Shown piece after piece: positions 60,685-64,000 of a stretch of DNA of 64,000 bases (within the stretch, counting starts at the first letter, position 1; each line of letters starts with the position of its first letter). The stretch covers positions 4,823 through 68,822 of the forward strand of contig JBAYFO010000008.1 in assembly GCA_041667115.1 (NCBI GenBank), read 5' to 3'. Under the pieces are notes generated by a model, which was not told the DNA's origin, did not search any database, and saw only the letters and a program-made list of their open reading frames with translations. The translations under genes were made by a program, and so were the position numbers. The DNA is from Ignavibacteriaceae bacterium. GTDB lineage: Bacteria; Bacteroidota; Ignavibacteria; Ignavibacteriales; Ignavibacteriaceae.

Positions 60685-61415
60685 TCTGCAACACCCATTT
60701 GCTCCTCAAATTTGGCGAGAAGTTTAAGCGGTTGTTCCGAAATTGCAAAACAATAGAGGGGGTAAAGCCGTGAGAATGTTTTAATAACATCATTAATAAA
60801 GTTCGGTGATGAAATATTTTTCTTTTCCTTAGGCAGCATTGGTTTTTCAATTAGGATATATTTCATCGGGGTGAGGAGTTTTCCCTCTTTGCTAAAATTA
60901 AATTTTTTCCGGACAAGCACCATCTCTTTTTTCATTTCCGTTAAAGAAAATTGATTGTTCAATCCGTAATTGGAAAAAACTTTCTCAATTTCTTTTTCAT
61001 ACGTCAACAAATTCTTTTTGAAGAAAAGATTTTCTTCTTTTGTATTGTTGATAAACATCCCGTATTGAACGCCTGCCTTATCTAAGTAAACATAGAACTC
61101 GCTGTCCATTTTAAATCTTCCAAAATGAACCAGCAGAAAAGTCTTGTATGGAACCCCTTTCGAGAACCGCATGTCTTTACTCAATTTCATAATTGTTTGA
61201 TTGAACTTCGGCTCTCTTCGTATTGAAGGATTGAGTTGTTCAAGAAAAGGTGCAATGGTTGAAATAAAAGCCTTTGCGGGCGCTACAACAAATTGTTCGT
61301 ATTCGTCTCTGTGTTTATCAAAATAAACTTTTGAGTTATTCTTCTCTAACCCTTCCAGAAAAGCAAATAATTGTGGTGGGAATCCTTGGAACTGAGTTAT
61401 CTCCGCAGTTTTCAA
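60681..61415 (-). CDS. DUF2461 (TIGR02453) family protein
   Basis: FLEGLEKNNSKVYFDKHRDEYE N-terminus is typical of the family. Confidence 0.7.
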   Translation of the reverse strand: MKTAEITQFQGFPPQLFAFLEGLEKNNSKVYFDKHRDEYEQFVVAPAKAFISTIAPFLEQLNPSIRREPKFNQTIMKLSKDMRFSKGVPYKTFLLVHFGRFKMDSEFYVYLDKAGVQYGMFINNTKEENLFFKKNLLTYEKEIEKVFSNYGLNNQFSLTEMKKEMVLVRKKFNFSKEGKLLTPMKYILIEKPMLPKEKKNISSPNFINDVIKTFSRLYPLYCFAISEQPLKLLAKFEEQMGVAD

Positions 61416-62056
61416 TACATCGAACCGATATTGATGGTTATATAAAATCCGCCAAATGTTTTTTTCGGCTTCCCTTCAAGACTTTCAATGCCCTGGTTAA
61501 AAAATTGAATGACATAATAACGAATATTTATGCCGGCAAGATGCTTTTGATCGATTCCAAAATTTGCTCCTAAGCCAATATATCCGCCGACCGTAAAATT
61601 TGCTTGTGCATATTTTAACGAATTAAAAAACTCACGCGCATACGGGGTGGTTACAACCATCGCCGGTCCGGCTGCAAAATTTAAATAAGGACGGAAATTA
61701 TCGCCGAGATCATTTGCAAAGAAACGGTTTTGGAGTCCCGCAAAAAAAGGAACGAGAAAAATTCTGTTCTTTTTCCCAGCGGTATACGTCTGTCCCCAAT
61801 AATCAATATATTCAAACTCATTTTCATCTTTTGCTTCAGAGATGGACATATCGGTGAAAAAAGTTAACGTATTATTCAAATTATTTCTGTAAAAACCGCC
61901 GAGGCCAAATCCCCCTTCTCCGAACATTAAATCAACGCCGTAAGCATTATCGGGGAAGGCGAGAGGTTCGCGGTCCGGGGCAATTTCTCCAATGCTTTGT
62001 GGTAAGAGAAGATTCATTGGGAAAAAGAGTATTGCTAAAAGAAAATATTTTTTCAT
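61412..62056 (-). CDS. predicted outer-membrane beta-barrel protein
   Basis: Signal peptide, Gly/aromatic-rich alternating strands, 214 aa. Confidence 0.5.
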   Translation of the reverse strand: MKKYFLLAILFFPMNLLLPQSIGEIAPDREPLAFPDNAYGVDLMFGEGGFGLGGFYRNNLNNTLTFFTDMSISEAKDENEFEYIDYWGQTYTAGKKNRIFLVPFFAGLQNRFFANDLGDNFRPYLNFAAGPAMVVTTPYAREFFNSLKYAQANFTVGGYIGLGANFGIDQKHLAGINIRYYVIQFFNQGIESLEGKPKKTFGGFYITINIGSMY

Positions 62057-62186
62057 ACTTATCTAAATTTTTATTTTAAAATTACTTAGTTTATAACAAA
62101 AATCAATTCATTTTTTGATATCGAACAAGAAATTATCAAAACACAATTCGTTTATAGTTTTGAACAAAACAGAGGAAGAAGAGAAA

Positions 62187-62696
62187 ATGCCGATCAATCT
62201 GGAAATAAAAGTTAGAGTAAAAAATTTCGATTTGATCCTTGCAGGCTTAAAAAAAGTAAAGGCAAAGAAATCGGGAGTACTGCATCAGAAAGATGTTTAT
62301 TTTTCAAATGCAAAGGGATTGTTAAAACTCCGGAAAGAAGGAAAAAATCAGCAGTTGATCCGCTATCAAAGGGACGAAAAAGGAAAAAACCGCTGGTCAA
62401 ATTTTGAGATTCTTGAACTGCACCAGGCACATGCGGAAAGTTTTTTGAGAAATTTGTTAACGTGTGAAGTTGTGGTAGAGAAAGAAAGGCTTCTTTATTT
62501 GTTTGGTGATACACGCATCCATCTTGACAAAGTGAAAAAGTTGGGAAATTTTATAGAACTTGAAACACGGGTTCTTTCAACAAAAAAAGTGGCACAGCAA
62601 CAATTCCTCTTTTTGCTGAAAGCTTTGCAACTTAATCCGAAAGAGGAGTTGCGGCTATCCTATCACGATCTCCTTTTACAAACCGGTAAAAAATGA
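62187..62696 (+). CDS. CYTH-domain protein (class IV adenylate cyclase / triphosphatase-like)
   Basis: Start moved to MPINLEIKVRV (ExExK motif at the N-terminus, as in CYTH). Also LRKEG..QLI.Y.R and FIELE. Confidence 0.7.
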   Translation: MPINLEIKVRVKNFDLILAGLKKVKAKKSGVLHQKDVYFSNAKGLLKLRKEGKNQQLIRYQRDEKGKNRWSNFEILELHQAHAESFLRNLLTCEVVVEKERLLYLFGDTRIHLDKVKKLGNFIELETRVLSTKKVAQQQFLFLLKALQLNPKEELRLSYHDLLLQTGKK

Positions 62697-64000
62697 TCTT
62701 AACCAAAAAGAAAACTTTTTCTGATTCTCTTCTTAAAATGATTGAAGAGAAAATACTTAGCGGTAAAACAAATGAAGTTTTGCATTTGGTGCCGACAAAC
62801 CGGAAAGCGCGCGCGCTAAAAAAAGAAATCATTGATAAAACTCCGACGCAGGCAGTTTCAATTATTCCTATCGAAACAATTTTTACACTCGCAGAAAAAC
62901 TGTTCGGTGTGGAAGTGCCTTTGTCCCTTGCCACTGATGCAGCTTCATCGGTTCTCTTAAAAAAAGCATTTCAGAAAAATCATCTTGAATATTTCCGGAG
63001 CTTTTCAAAAACAATTCCGCAAGGAAGTTTAGACCGGATTAAAAATCTTTTTTCGGAATATAAACGAAACGGAATTACTTCCGAATATTTGTTGAGGGAA
63101 TTGGAAAAAGCCGAGGGAATTGAAAAGCAAAAACTTTCCGAATTGGCAAAAGTTTACGACAGTTACTGCGAACTTTTCCGCCAACTTGATCTTTATGAAA
63201 TAGGCGATGTAATCCGGGCTGTAAACACTCTTTCATATCAAGACATTGCCAAACGGTTCGGCAGACTTTTCCCTTCGGTTAAAATTGTTTATGCATTTGG
63301 TTATTCCGAATTTACCACGCCGGAGATTGCTCTGTTGAGCATCCTCGCGGATTTGCCGGGGATAAATCTGTACATCAATCTTGATTACCGGAGTAATAAT
63401 TCCGGATTATTTTCATTCGCGGGAGACGTGAAAGATAAATTTGAGAAAGCCGGATTTTATGCTTATCCATTCTCGAAAAAAAACATTGAAAATCAATTTA
63501 GCGAATATCTTTCAAAACGATTATTTAACGAAAAGAATTTTATTAAAAAAGAACCGATGGGAAATTCCGCTGTTTTAATCGCGGCGAAAAATAGAGAAGA
63601 TGAGATCGTTCAAATTGCGAAAGAAATTAAAACTCTTCTTGTTGAAAAAAATGTTCAACCGAATGCAGTCTGCGTCGCCTTTCATTTGATACAAAACTAT
63701 TCCGGGATCGTTCGTGACGTTTTTCATCAATATGGAATTCCGTTTAACCTGACCGATAGATTTTCACTCCATACGTTTAATCCCGTAATATCTGTGATTA
63801 ACTTGCTTGAGGTAATTGCGACCGATTTTTATCACAAAGCGGTCTTCCGTGTTTTTAGCAGCGAATATTATCAACCGGTAAATGCGCAATCCTCCGATAT
63901 TTTTCAAGTGGCTTCCAAGCTGCGAATTATTTCCGGTTATCAAACATGGGTTACGCACATCAACCATTTTATTGATGGCGGGAATGAAACCGAAGATGAG
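62693..64000 (+). CDS. AddB/RexB-like PD-(D/E)XK nuclease-helicase family protein, N-terminal part; continues beyond the window
   Basis: Not in the ORF track because it has no stop in the window. The ATG at 62693 overlaps the upstream TGA. Translation MILTKKKTF...VLHLVPTNRKARALKKEI stays open to base 64000 where I checked it by hand. Confidence 0.6.
   Translation, partial: MILTKKKTFSDSLLKMIEEKILSGKTNEVLHLVPTNRKARALKKEIIDKTPTQAVSIIPIETIFTLAEKLFGVEVPLSLATDAASSVLLKKAFQKNHLEYFRSFSKTIPQGSLDRIKNLFSEYKRNGITSEYLLRELEKAEGIEKQKLSELAKVYDSYCELFRQLDLYEIGDVIRAVNTLSYQDIAKRFGRLFPSVKIVYAFGYSEFTTPEIALLSILADLPGINLYINLDYRSNNSGLFSFAGDVKDKFEKAGFYAYPFSKKNIENQFSEYLSKRLFNEKNFIKKEPMGNSAVLIAAKNREDEIVQIAKEIKTLLVEKNVQPNAVCVAFHLIQNYSGIVRDVFHQYGIPFNLTDRFSLHTFNPVISVINLLEVIATDFYHKAVFRVFSSEYYQPVNAQSSDIFQVASKLRIISGYQTWVTHINHFIDGGNETEDE

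Overview
AT-rich chromosomal segment. It probably comes from an Ignavibacteria-like or other FCB-group bacterium, judging by many T9SS C-terminal sorting domains, a b558-type sdhCAB operon and Shine-Dalgarno-led genes. Housekeeping blocks (proS, sdhCAB, obg, rpsU, secG, tRNA-Met, dacB, an ECF sigma factor, the start of an addB-like gene) are interrupted by four non-core regions. (1) A T9SS-related cluster at 8.9-16.3 kb with a 1772-aa C25 peptidase. (2) A cobalamin-riboswitch-controlled btuB / DUF6580 / lipoprotein operon at 19.3-22.7 kb. (3) A small accessory patch at 22.7-24.9 kb, where a divergent membrane-anchored XseA-like gene sits inside a degenerate 21-bp satellite. (4) A strictly co-directional accessory island of about 16.5 kb (31.8-48.3 kb) between sdhB and a TonB_C/PpiC lipoprotein gene. 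The island holds a leaderless GH46 chitosanase-like operon, a second 21-bp satellite, a VapA-like protein, a tandemly duplicated 225-bp non-coding module and a tRNA-like fragment. It also carries a run of small unrelated ORFs separated by a modular structured repeat with integron core-site-like motifs (GTTRRRY / RYYYAAC), and it ends in a frameshifted RhuM-Fic gene bracketed by 84-bp direct repeats. My best candidate for something new is this cassette-array-like region (about 38.9-46.8 kb). No integrase, reverse transcriptase, cas gene or transposase is visible in the window. All family calls come from motif recognition by eye, because no database search could be run.
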